Source: an uncultured delta proteobacterium
Lineage (GTDB): Bacteria; Myxococcota_A; Polyangia; Polyangiales; JAFGIB01
Assembly (NCBI GenBank): GCA_963778655.1
Contig: CAVZVA010000010.1
Location: 1,056,001-1,120,000, forward strand
DNA: 64,000 nt
Direction: 5' to 3'
Part shown: piece by piece, positions 1 to 9,127 of the stretch
Position numbering within the stretch: the first letter of the stretch is position 1
How the letters are laid out: every line of letters begins with the position of its first letter
Notes under the pieces: generated by a model
What the model saw: the letters and a program-made list of their open reading frames with translations, nothing else
The model's database searches: none
What the model was told of the DNA's origin: nothing
Position numbers and translations under genes: made by a program

Positions 1-116
1 AAGTGGTCCGCGGGCGGCAAGTCTTCATGGGTTATCGCTTCGCGATCGTCAACTACGCCACCCAGGCGCTGGGTGGCTCGGTGAGCGCGAGCTCCTTCGA
101 GCTCGAGGCGCCATGA
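1..116 (+). CDS. 3' end of a probable GH43 beta-xylosidase/arabinofuranosidase (partial, runs off the left edge)
   Basis: Frame from nt 3 reads VVRGRQVFMGYRFAIVNYATQALGGSVSASSFELEAP*. FMGYRF-x-x-x-NYAT-x-ALGG resembles the C-terminal beta-sandwich of GH43 enzymes. Lies next to a GH10 gene. Confidence 0.65.
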   Translation, partial: VVRGRQVFMGYRFAIVNYATQALGGSVSASSFELEAP

Positions 117-178
117 ACGCCACGCCGAGACGCAGGCGCTGTGATTGTCGGCTGCGCTCGCGGGAACGGGGACAAACC

Positions 179-1492
179 ATGAAACGTTCACATCACGAGG
201 GTTGGGTTGTTTGGGTGGGCGCGCTCTGCTTGAGCGCCTGCGGGAGCGCTGGCGGCACCAGCGGCACCGGCGGCGTGCCCGGCGGGGGCACCGGCGCGAC
301 ATTCAGCTCCGGAAGCGGTGGCTATAACGGCACGCCCGGGACTGGTGGCTTTCCCGCAACCGGGCTCGGTGGCGCCTCGGGTGCTTCGGTTGGCGGGACG
401 GGCGGAAGTGCGAGCACAGGCCTGGGTGGCGCTGGGGGGTCGGCCATGAGCAGCGGCGGCACGGGCGGCATGGCCGGCGGCACGGGCGGCATGGCGGCCG
501 GCGGCACGGGCGGCATGGCGGCCGGCGGCACGGGCGGCATGGCGGCCGGCGGCACGGGCGGCATGGCGGCCGGCGGCACCGGCGGCATGGCCGGCGCAGC
601 GGGCGGCGGCGCGGGCACGGGTGGCGCGCTGCCCGCGAAGTTCTGCGGCAACATCACGACGGGCGGACAGGTGCGTTCGGACTTCATCAACTATTGGGAC
701 CAGATCACGCCCGAGAACGAAGGCAAGTGGGGCACGGTCGAGGGCACGCGCAACAAGATGAATTGGGCCGGTCTCGACGCGGTGTACAACTACGCGAAGC
801 AGCACAATATCCCGTTCAAGCAGCACAACTTCGTGTGGGGCTCGCAGCAGCCGAGCTGGATCAGTGGGCTTCCCCAGGACCAGCAGCGAGCGGAGGTGGA
901 GGAGTGGATTCGGCTCTTCTGCGAACGCTACCCGGACACGCAGATGATCGACGTCGTCAACGAGCCGCCGCCGCACACGACGCCGCCTTATGCTGCTGCG
1001 CTAGGGGGCGCGGGCGCGAGTGGCTACGATTGGATCGTGCAAGCCTTCAAGTGGGCGCGTCAGTACTGCCCGAATTCGATCCTGATCCTGAACGACTACA
1101 ACACGATCGAGTACGCCAACGACAACAGTCACTTCATCGATATCGTGAACGCGATCAAGGCGGCCGGCGCGCCCATCGACGCCATCGGCGCGCAGGCACA
1201 CGCGGCATACAACATGTCGACCAGCACCGTGCAGATGTACCTCAGCAAGCTCGAGGCTACGGGGCTGCCCGTCTACATCAGCGAATACGACATCAATGTG
1301 TCCGACGACAATCAGCAGAAGAACGTCATGGAGAGTCAGTTCACGATGTTCTGGAACGACGACAACGTCAAAGGCATCACGATCTGGGGGTACATCGAAA
1401 ACCAGACGTGGGAACCGAATACCGGCCTCATGTCGAGCGGCGGGCAGATGCGACCTGCCATGACCTGGCTGATGAGCTTCCTCCACCGATAG
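179..1492 (+). CDS. GH10 endo-1,4-beta-xylanase, lipoprotein with Gly-rich linker
   Basis: Lipobox LSAC. GH10 motifs QITPENEGKW, HNFVWGSQQP, IDVVNEP (acid/base Glu) and ISEYD (nucleophile). ATG at 179 preferred to 113. Confidence 0.93.
   Translation: MKRSHHEGWVVWVGALCLSACGSAGGTSGTGGVPGGGTGATFSSGSGGYNGTPGTGGFPATGLGGASGASVGGTGGSASTGLGGAGGSAMSSGGTGGMAGGTGGMAAGGTGGMAAGGTGGMAAGGTGGMAAGGTGGMAGAAGGGAGTGGALPAKFCGNITTGGQVRSDFINYWDQITPENEGKWGTVEGTRNKMNWAGLDAVYNYAKQHNIPFKQHNFVWGSQQPSWISGLPQDQQRAEVEEWIRLFCERYPDTQMIDVVNEPPPHTTPPYAAALGGAGASGYDWIVQAFKWARQYCPNSILILNDYNTIEYANDNSHFIDIVNAIKAAGAPIDAIGAQAHAAYNMSTSTVQMYLSKLEATGLPVYISEYDINVSDDNQQKNVMESQFTMFWNDDNVKGITIWGYIENQTWEPNTGLMSSGGQMRPAMTWLMSFLHR
455..592 (+). 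repeat. Coding tandem repeat GGTGGMA(A) x6 (21-24 bp unit)
   Basis: ggcggcacgggcggcatggcggcc occurs four times identically (476-571), flanked by two 21-bp variants. Confidence 0.95.
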
Positions 1493-2101
1493 GAACGACG
1501 GCGGACGATTCTACCGAGACGGCGACAACGTCAGGAGGCGCCCGTGATCTTTGAGCGCGTACGCGAAGCACCAGGATCCGTTCACGATGCTGGACGGCTC
1601 GCGCATCACGCAGAAGGCGCAGTGGCGATGTCGCCGCGCTGAAATCGAAGCGCAGGTCGAGCGGTACGAGTCCGGTCCCAAGCCGACCGCGCCCGACGAC
1701 GTCAGCGCTCAGCTCCTCGGGTAACAGCCTGTCGATCACCGTGAGCGCCGGCGGCAAGAGCATCTCCTTGTCCTCGCCGGCACCCGCCGTCGCTTGCAGC
1801 ACGAGTCGGGGCTCGAGCCGTTCCCGCACACGCGTCCCAGCTGCGCAACCAGACACGTGCCAACTCGGAACGCGGGGGATCTCCAGATGTTGGGGTGACC
1901 CGCAGGCACTAGTAGGAGTCTTGGCGCAATTTTGAAAGGATTGCGGGGTGCGACCCACCTATACGCAGGTCAGCGCCGGGTGTGGGAAACGCGAAGCGCC
2001 GGTCGGCTATGCGAGCCCGAATCAGCGCAAGGCCACCCGGCGCGACGTTGCGAGCGGCGCCGGAACCGACCCTTGCGCGACTCGGGTAGAAGTCGACCAC
2101 C

Positions 2102-3400
2102 ATGAGCCCCCGCAGCCTTGGAATCACACTCGCCGTCACCGCCTTTATCACCGCTGGTTGCTCCACCAAGAGCGGCGGCAATGGCATGGGCCCGCCGGGC
2201 GGCGGCACTGGCGGGCAGACCACGCAATCGCCGGTGACCGGCGCCGGCGGGGCGAACAGCGTGTCCGGCGCGGGCGGTGGCGGAAGCTCCGCCAATCCGT
2301 CGCCCGCCGGGAGCGGCGGCGCGATGGGCATGGGCGCGGGGATGGGCATGGGCACGGGCAGCGGTGGAGCCGCCGGCTCGAGCAGCGGCAGCCGCGGACA
2401 GGGGCAGCCCGCGACCAGCGACGCGGGCGTCGCGAGCGCCGACGCCGGGATGGCGTGCGATAAGGACCTCACGCCGATGGCCGGCCAGGACGACTGCACG
2501 GCGCCGCTCAAGCCCAACGACGACCGCCTGTGCAAGTACATGTACGGCGGGCAGATGCGGCAGTTCTATATCTACGCTTCACCCAGCTTCAACCCGTGCA
2601 AGCCGGCGACGCTGATCATGGACTGCCACGGCTTGAGCGAGAGCGCAGAGGTGCACACCGGAATGGTGGGCTTCAACCTCACCGGCCAGATGTTCCCGAG
2701 CGGTTATGGCTCCGGATGGCGCATGGCGGTTCAACACGACAATGCCATCGTCGTCACGCCGCAGGGGATCAACGACTCCTGGACCCCGTCGAGCGACGTG
2801 CCGTTCGTGAACGACGCTGCCGACAAGGTCGAGGCAATCGCCGACGTCGACCCGGATCACGTCTATGTCACGGGCATCTCGATGGGCGGCATGATGACGG
2901 TCGCCACCGGCTGCGACAACGCCTCGCGCTGGCGGGCCATGGCGCCGGTGTCGATGCTCTCGCAGAGCTGCGACCAGCTCGCGCGTCCGACGCCGGTCAT
3001 TTCGTTCCACTCCAGCACCGATCAGCTCACCAGCTACAGCGACGACCAAACGCTGATGGGGACGATCGCCGGGTTCGACCACTGCACGATGGGGCCGATG
3101 CCGGCGATGAGCTACGGCGGGTCGAACAGCTCCTCCGACAAGGTCTGCTACGTCATGCCGAACGGCGTCGGCGACCCGGATGCGCCCGACCCGTACAACA
3201 TCCCGCTGCAGCCGTGCCCGAGCTCGGCGCCGGAAACCACCTGCGTGAAGTGGACCGGATGCGACGGCGGGGTCGAGGTGGTGTTCTGCACGGTTGCGGC
3301 ATCGACCCAACCGCTCGGCGGTCACATTCTGTACAACAACGACACTCAGCTCGACCTCGCCGAGGTCGCTTGGCCGTTCTTCAAGAAGTTCTGGAAGTGA
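2102..3400 (+). CDS. Lipoprotein alpha/beta-hydrolase (PHB-depolymerase/LpqC-like esterase, possibly a carbohydrate esterase)
   Basis: Lipobox TAGC, Gly-rich linker, HG motif (DCHGL), nucleophile elbow VYVTGISMGG, candidate Asp (STDQ) and His (GGHIL). Confidence 0.82.
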   Translation: MSPRSLGITLAVTAFITAGCSTKSGGNGMGPPGGGTGGQTTQSPVTGAGGANSVSGAGGGGSSANPSPAGSGGAMGMGAGMGMGTGSGGAAGSSSGSRGQGQPATSDAGVASADAGMACDKDLTPMAGQDDCTAPLKPNDDRLCKYMYGGQMRQFYIYASPSFNPCKPATLIMDCHGLSESAEVHTGMVGFNLTGQMFPSGYGSGWRMAVQHDNAIVVTPQGINDSWTPSSDVPFVNDAADKVEAIADVDPDHVYVTGISMGGMMTVATGCDNASRWRAMAPVSMLSQSCDQLARPTPVISFHSSTDQLTSYSDDQTLMGTIAGFDHCTMGPMPAMSYGGSNSSSDKVCYVMPNGVGDPDAPDPYNIPLQPCPSSAPETTCVKWTGCDGGVEVVFCTVAASTQPLGGHILYNNDTQLDLAEVAWPFFKKFWK

Positions 3401-3676
3401 CGGGCTGCGGTGGATGTAGCTGAAGGGGCGCCGAGCCCGCCGGCTGCACACAGTGTCAGCCCGACATCTCGCGACTCGAGCTTGCCAAGCTTGCCTAGCG
3501 TCGTGGATCATCGATCTGGATGACCGATCACGATTCGGGAACGGCCATGCCGCGCACAGGGAGTCGGCGCGACTCCCTGACAATCAAAGGAGAGATCTGG
3601 GTTTGTGATTCAATCCCGAATCGCGAGCTCTGATTGAGTGGTCGCTAGAATGGTTGCTTCGAATCCGCCGGAACCG

Positions 3677-6600
3677 ATGACCTCAGTGACGGCCGGCGTC
3701 ACCGAGCAAAGCGGTGAGTCGGACGTGACGCCAGTACAGGCCGACTCGGCCGCGCTGCCCGAGCGCGTCGGTGAACGTTACCGCGTCGTCTCCGAGCTCG
3801 GTCGCGGGGGCATGGCGGTCGTCTATCGCGTGGTCGATACGCTCGGGGAGCGCGAGATCGCGCTCAAGCAGCTGACGGTGCGGGCCGGTGAGCGCTTCTT
3901 TCGCGAGCAGGCGGCGGCATTCGAACGCGAATACCACACCCTGGTCCAGCTGTCGCACCCGCGCATCATCGAGGTCTACGACTTCGGCAACGATCCGGGC
4001 GGCCGCTACTACACCATGGAGCTGCTCGAGGGCGCCGACTTGAGGGAGCGCTCGCCGCTGCCCTGGCGCGAAGCCTGCCGCTTGCTCTACGACGTGACGT
4101 CCTCGCTGGCGCTCTTGCACTCGCGCCGGCTGGTGCACCGCGACATCAGCCCGCGCAACGTACGCCGCACGCGTGACGGCTCGGCCAAGCTGATCGACTT
4201 TGGCGCGCTGGTGCCGATGGGCGCCACCGGTCAGATTGTCGGCACACCGCCCTTTCTGCCGCCCGAGGTGTTGCACCGCTCGACGCTCGACGCGCGCACC
4301 GATCTGTTCTCACTCGGCGCCACGCTCTACTACACGCTCACCGGGCGCTTCGCGTACCCAGCGCGCGACTTCTCGCGGCTGCAGCATGTGTGGGCGAAGC
4401 GGCCGGCGCCGCCCTCGGCCGTGACCGCCGGCATTCCGGCGGCGCTCGACGCGCTGGTGATGTCCCTGGTCAGCCTCGATCCCGAGCTGCGTCCGCGCAC
4501 GGCGTTCGAGGTGATGCAACGTTTGGCTGCGCTCGCAGGCATCGAGCGCAGCGAAACGGAGGACGTCTCGCAGGCATACGTGTCGACGCCGGTGATGCTG
4601 GCACGCGATGAGGCGCTCGCGGTCGTGCGCGAACGGATCGGGCTCGCGCTGTCAGGCTGCAGGAGCGGGCTCCTGATTCAGGGTCCGGCGGGCATCGGCC
4701 GCACGCGCATGCTCGATGCGACCGCGCTCGAAGCCAAGATCGCGGGCGCCGCCGTGCTGCGTGTCAACGCCGGCAGCGAAATGGATGCCGCCTTGTCGGT
4801 CGGGCAAGCGCTGGCGGCGGAAGTGGTCGAGGCGTTGCCTCGGCTCGCGCTTTCCGCCGCGCGCCATGAACGCGTGACCGAGCTGCTGTTCGAGTCGCCT
4901 GACCCCGGCGGCGGCGGGCGCGAAGGCGGCTCCGAGCGAACGCCGCGCCTGAAGGCGCTGGCCGGCCGCGGCGGCGATCGCAGGGCGATCCAATCAGCGC
5001 TCACGCGCTTTCTGCTGCGGGTGGCCAAGGCCCAAGCGCTGGCGATCCTGATCGACGACGTACAACGCGCCGACGAAGCCTCGCTGGCGCTGCTGGCCGC
5101 GCTCGTGCTCGGCGAAAAGGACCGGCGCTTGCTGTTGATTGCGACCGCCGAGACCGACGCCGCGGCGCAGGTGGCCGAGGCGTTCGACCTGCTCAAGCGC
5201 GAGTGCACGCCGGTCGAGCTGCCGGCGTTGAGCCGCGAGCAAACCGAAGCCTTGCTGACTTCGGTCTTCGGCGACGTTCCCAACCTGGCGCTGGTCGGCG
5301 ACCGATTGTTTACGGCCGGCGCGGGCAACCCACGTGAAACGATGGAGCTGGTGCAGCAGCTTATCGCGCGCGGCGCCGCCCGCTATGCCAGCGGTCAGTG
5401 GCAGCTGCCGGCGCGGCTCGAGGCGGCCGATCTGCCGAGCACCGCCGCCGACGGCTGCAAGCGGCGGGTAAGCGAGCTGTCCCCAACGGCGCGCTTGCTC
5501 GCGGAGATACACGCGCTCGCGCTGCACAAACAGCTCAGCCGCGAAGACTACGCCCGTGCCGCGAGCGAAGTGGCATCCGTCGAGCTCGACGCTGCAATCA
5601 CCGAGCTGCTCAGGGAGCGCGTGCTCGCGAGCGACGGGCGCGCCTACGTGCTGTCGAGGCGCGAGTGGCCGAAGGCGCTGCTCGACGGGCTCGACACGTC
5701 TACGGTCGAAAGCCGCCATTGCATGCTCGCGAGGGTCTACGAGAACGACGACGCGCACGGGATCGAGCGGACCTACCATCTTCTGGCCGGTGGCCTCGAG
5801 CAGGAAGGCGTCGAGTTGCTGGGGAGCTTGCTGCTCGCCACCCGCGACGACAACACCGGGCTGATGTCTTTGACCTCGCTGAGTGCCGACCGTGTGGCGC
5901 TGGTTCTGGACCGCGGCCTGACCGCCGCGGAGCGGCTCGGGCACAAGCCTCGCGAGACGAGCGAGATTCGCCGTGGGCTGTTTGCTGTCAGCGTGATCTC
6001 CGACGAAGCCCACTACATGCGGACCGCCCCCATTTGGCTGGCCCAGCTCAAGCGCGACTCCGGCCTCACGCACTACGAAGCGATCACGGACGTGGCCGAT
6101 CCCGGCGAGCGCTTGATGCGTGCGCTGACCGCGGCCGGCGAGCAGTATGCGGCGGCGCCGGAGGACGCGCGCGTGTACACGGTCGAAGCCGCGATCAAGA
6201 ACCTGGTGTATTTCGTCGCGATCTCGATCGCGATTGGCTCTCGTACGCAGGACGCGGCGCTGCTGGCGTCGCTGCCCCCGCTGCTCGAGCCACTCGCCGC
6301 GCTCTCGCCGCTGATCCACGCGATGTGGCAGAACTCGATCGCCACCCGGGAAACGGTCCACGACAACCACCCTGAGTCCGCGCGCGCGCGCTGGCTCGAG
6401 GTCGATGCCGCGCTTTCGAGAATCAGCTCGACCGAGCTCAGCTATGTCGCCACGTTGCGCGGAGCGATCGCGTACGGAATGGGCTTGGTCGAAGCGCGCC
6501 TCGGACTCGCGTCCGCCGAACAGACGGCGCGCACGCTGGAGAACGATCCGTTCCAGCGTGTGAGCGGGGCGTCGCTGCGCAGGATTGCGCGCTTGCACCA

Positions 6601-7888
6601 AGGCGACTTCGAGGGCGCCGAGCGGTTCCGCCGGCGTGCCGAGCTGCTCGCGTTGCAATCGAACCAGCGCACGATGTTTCAGAGCACGCTCACCGCCGAG
6701 CTGTTCGCGTATGGGTTGGCGAGCGACCTGACCGGCATCCGCCAGCTGGCGGACGCGATCGAGCCGCTTGCCGCGCGCTTTCCCGGGTGGCTCGGGTACA
6801 AGTACCTGGCGGACGGTTACTTCGAGCAGGCGCGGGGCCGGCTCGAGAACGCGCGCGCCGCGCTCGAGCGCGGGCTGGCGGTCGCGGAGCCCGACGCGAG
6901 TAACCGCAACCGGTGTTTCGCGGCCTGGCCTCGGCTCGAGGGCAGCTACATCGAGGTGCTCGTCGGCTTGGACCGCGCTGCGGAGGCCAGGGCTCGCGGC
7001 GAGCGCGCCCTGCAGATCTGCGCCGAGTACCGTATCGAGGCCGTGGCCGTCGGGATTCGCCGCGCGCTGGCGCTGGCCGAGGCCAAGCTGGGCGACTACC
7101 CGGGTGCGAGCCGGCGTCTGGAAGAGGTGATCCGCGATCTGGAGGCGCTCGGAATCACCGGGCTCGAGCTGGGCGCGACCTGCGAAGCGCGCGCGCGGAT
7201 CGCGATCTGGGCCAACGACGACGCCGCGATCGAAATGTATGGCCGGCTGACCGCCAAGGAGTACCGCCACGGCGAGCGTTCGCCTCTGGGCGCGCGCTAC
7301 GAGCGTTTGATGGACGAAGCGCGGAGCTCGGGCGTGTTCGTGCTGCCGGAGCTCAACGAGTTCCAGATCAAGCTCACGACCACGAATTGGCGCGGCACCG
7401 AGAGCACTGCGACGACCGTCGTGGCGCGCGATCCGCTGGTCGGTGCGAAGAGCGCGTCCGAGCGCGCGGAGCGGGCGCTGTGGCTGCTGTGTGAAGCGCG
7501 CGACGCGCGCTCCGGTCAACTCTATCTCTACAGGGCGGGTCGGCTTGAGCTCGCGGCCTCACTCGGACAGAGCCCGCCGACTCCGGAGCTGCGCGGTCTC
7601 TCCGAGCGCTTTGCCGCGCAGCAGCTTCGCCCGGACGAATACGCCACCGTGATCGAAGCCGAGCAGGTGCCGTCCCCGGAGGCCTCGTCGTGGCTCGACA
7701 CCCGCGGCGTGGTCCACCAGTTCTTGCTGCTCTGCGGAAAGCATGGCGACGAGCGGCTGTGCGCAGGCGTGGCGGTGGTCGAGGCGAGCGCCGACACCGC
7801 GATCGATTCGGACGTGCGGCAGCTCTTGGACGAGCTGGCGGGCGAGCTGCTCACGCGCGGCGACGCCGGGGGCGTCGCCGTCGCGTAG
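3677..7888 (+). CDS. Ser/Thr protein kinase fused to an AAA/STAND-type ATPase and a helical (TPR-like) region
   Basis: LGRGGMAVVY, ALK, HRDISPRN, DFG and GTPPFLPPE, followed by GPAGIGRT, ILIDDVQRAD and GNP. Start could be GTG 3638. Confidence 0.9.
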   Translation: MTSVTAGVTEQSGESDVTPVQADSAALPERVGERYRVVSELGRGGMAVVYRVVDTLGEREIALKQLTVRAGERFFREQAAAFEREYHTLVQLSHPRIIEVYDFGNDPGGRYYTMELLEGADLRERSPLPWREACRLLYDVTSSLALLHSRRLVHRDISPRNVRRTRDGSAKLIDFGALVPMGATGQIVGTPPFLPPEVLHRSTLDARTDLFSLGATLYYTLTGRFAYPARDFSRLQHVWAKRPAPPSAVTAGIPAALDALVMSLVSLDPELRPRTAFEVMQRLAALAGIERSETEDVSQAYVSTPVMLARDEALAVVRERIGLALSGCRSGLLIQGPAGIGRTRMLDATALEAKIAGAAVLRVNAGSEMDAALSVGQALAAEVVEALPRLALSAARHERVTELLFESPDPGGGGREGGSERTPRLKALAGRGGDRRAIQSALTRFLLRVAKAQALAILIDDVQRADEASLALLAALVLGEKDRRLLLIATAETDAAAQVAEAFDLLKRECTPVELPALSREQTEALLTSVFGDVPNLALVGDRLFTAGAGNPRETMELVQQLIARGAARYASGQWQLPARLEAADLPSTAADGCKRRVSELSPTARLLAEIHALALHKQLSREDYARAASEVASVELDAAITELLRERVLASDGRAYVLSRREWPKALLDGLDTSTVESRHCMLARVYENDDAHGIERTYHLLAGGLEQEGVELLGSLLLATRDDNTGLMSLTSLSADRVALVLDRGLTAAERLGHKPRETSEIRRGLFAVSVISDEAHYMRTAPIWLAQLKRDSGLTHYEAITDVADPGERLMRALTAAGEQYAAAPEDARVYTVEAAIKNLVYFVAISIAIGSRTQDAALLASLPPLLEPLAALSPLIHAMWQNSIATRETVHDNHPESARARWLEVDAALSRISSTELSYVATLRGAIAYGMGLVEARLGLASAEQTARTLENDPFQRVSGASLRRIARLHQGDFEGAERFRRRAELLALQSNQRTMFQSTLTAELFAYGLASDLTGIRQLADAIEPLAARFPGWLGYKYLADGYFEQARGRLENARAALERGLAVAEPDASNRNRCFAAWPRLEGSYIEVLVGLDRAAEARARGERALQICAEYRIEAVAVGIRRALALAEAKLGDYPGASRRLEEVIRDLEALGITGLELGATCEARARIAIWANDDAAIEMYGRLTAKEYRHGERSPLGARYERLMDEARSSGVFVLPELNEFQIKLTTTNWRGTESTATTVVARDPLVGAKSASERAERALWLLCEARDARSGQLYLYRAGRLELAASLGQSPPTPELRGLSERFAAQQLRPDEYATVIEAEQVPSPEASSWLDTRGVVHQFLLLCGKHGDERLCAGVAVVEASADTAIDSDVRQLLDELAGELLTRGDAGGVAVA

Positions 7889-7973
7889 CACCGATCGGGG
7901 CCTCATAGCTTGCTTCGCCGCGCTGATGTGGCGCCCGCAGGCGTGGGCCTGCCTCGATCGGCGCGGGATCGCG

Positions 7974-9011
7974 CTAGGGGTGGCGACGACCGCGGCCGCG
8001 CACGTGCGCTTGCCAGGCCAGCATGGCCAGCACGCTCAGGAGCGCGGTCGCGGACACGGCGAGCACCGTGGTGTTGGCGAGCGTCCATAGCGCGAGAACG
8101 CGTACGCGCGTGCCGAAGGCGGTGTGCCCCGCGTGGGTGAGCGCGGCCCACGCGTTGGGAGGCGCGTCCGGCGTGAGACGTTGCGTTGCGGCGCGCTGCG
8201 GCGCGTGGTCGTTGCGCGTTGTGGTGTCCCGAGCGGTCGGCGCAGGCGCGGCCGGCGGAGGGCGCACGTCCAGCCCGGTGGCGAGCGCGCCTTGTGCTGA
8301 CACCGAAGCCTCGTCGGGTTGCGCAGACGTGCTTTCGGCAGCGGGTTGCGGGGCACCAGCGATGCTCTCGGTCACGGGCGCCTGCGGCGACGGCCGCTCT
8401 GCGGAGGATGCTGACGCGGTTTCGGGCGTGGATTGCTGCTCCGGCGCCGGCGCGCTCGCTTCCGCGCCGGCGCTCGAGAAGTGCGGTGTGCCTGGTTGGC
8501 CAGCGGCGGACAGGCTCGTGAGGTCGGCGCCGCTCGAGAACCACGCGGCACCGGGTTGACCAGGCGCAGGCACACGGGTCGCGTCGGCGCCGCTCGAGAA
8601 CCACGCGGCACCGGGTTGACCAGGCGCGGGCACACGGGTTGCGTCGGCGCCGCTCGAGAAGTAGGCGGCGCCGGGTTGGCCGGGTGCGGGCACACGGGTC
8701 ACGTCGGCGCCGCTCGAGAAGTAGGCGGCGCCGGGTTGGCCCTGCGGCGGCACGCTCGAGAAGTCGGCGCCATCGGAGAAGTAGCGCGCGCCGGGTTGGC
8801 CGGGCGCGGGCACGCTGGTCGCGTCCGCGCCGCGGGAGAAGTACTCCGCGCCCGGTTGCCCCGGCTTGGGCACGCTGGTGACCTCGGCGCCGTTGGAGAA
8901 GTATGGGTCCCCCTCCACGGATGGCTGCGCCTGCGCGGCCCCCAGCCATAGCGCGACCGCCAGCGCGAGAGTCGCGCAAACAGGCGTGAGGCTCGGGGCA
9001 TACCGCTCCAT
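7974..9011 (-). CDS. Secreted/membrane-anchored protein with seven 20-aa tandem repeats
   Basis: Signal peptide ending AAQA, repeats like YFSSGADVTRVPAPGQPGAA, Pro/Ala/Ser linker, C-terminal hydrophobic helix and basic tail. Third codon positions are GC-rich in this frame. Confidence 0.75.
   Translation of the reverse strand: MERYAPSLTPVCATLALAVALWLGAAQAQPSVEGDPYFSNGAEVTSVPKPGQPGAEYFSRGADATSVPAPGQPGARYFSDGADFSSVPPQGQPGAAYFSSGADVTRVPAPGQPGAAYFSSGADATRVPAPGQPGAAWFSSGADATRVPAPGQPGAAWFSSGADLTSLSAAGQPGTPHFSSAGAEASAPAPEQQSTPETASASSAERPSPQAPVTESIAGAPQPAAESTSAQPDEASVSAQGALATGLDVRPPPAAPAPTARDTTTRNDHAPQRAATQRLTPDAPPNAWAALTHAGHTAFGTRVRVLALWTLANTTVLAVSATALLSVLAMLAWQAHVRGRGRRHP
8484..8903 (-). repeat. 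60-bp coding tandem repeat, 7 copies plus a partial eighth
   Basis: Lines 8461-8881 align in register at a 60-nt period (…cggcgccgctcgagaa…ccgggttg…). Confidence 0.95.
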
Positions 9012-9127
9012 GGCTGTCCGCCTTTACTCCTGACCTAGTCGTCACATAAGCACGCATCGCGCCAGCGCGACCCCCATGCGCCAACGGGCACGTCGACAAA
9101 CCCTGATCGAACGTGCGAACCGTCGCG

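Noticed and set aside
1428..1958. 176-aa minus-strand ORF between the GH10 and esterase genes
   Set aside because: No recognisable motif, and it overlaps the GH10 3' end. It could be a gene remnant but cannot be supported.
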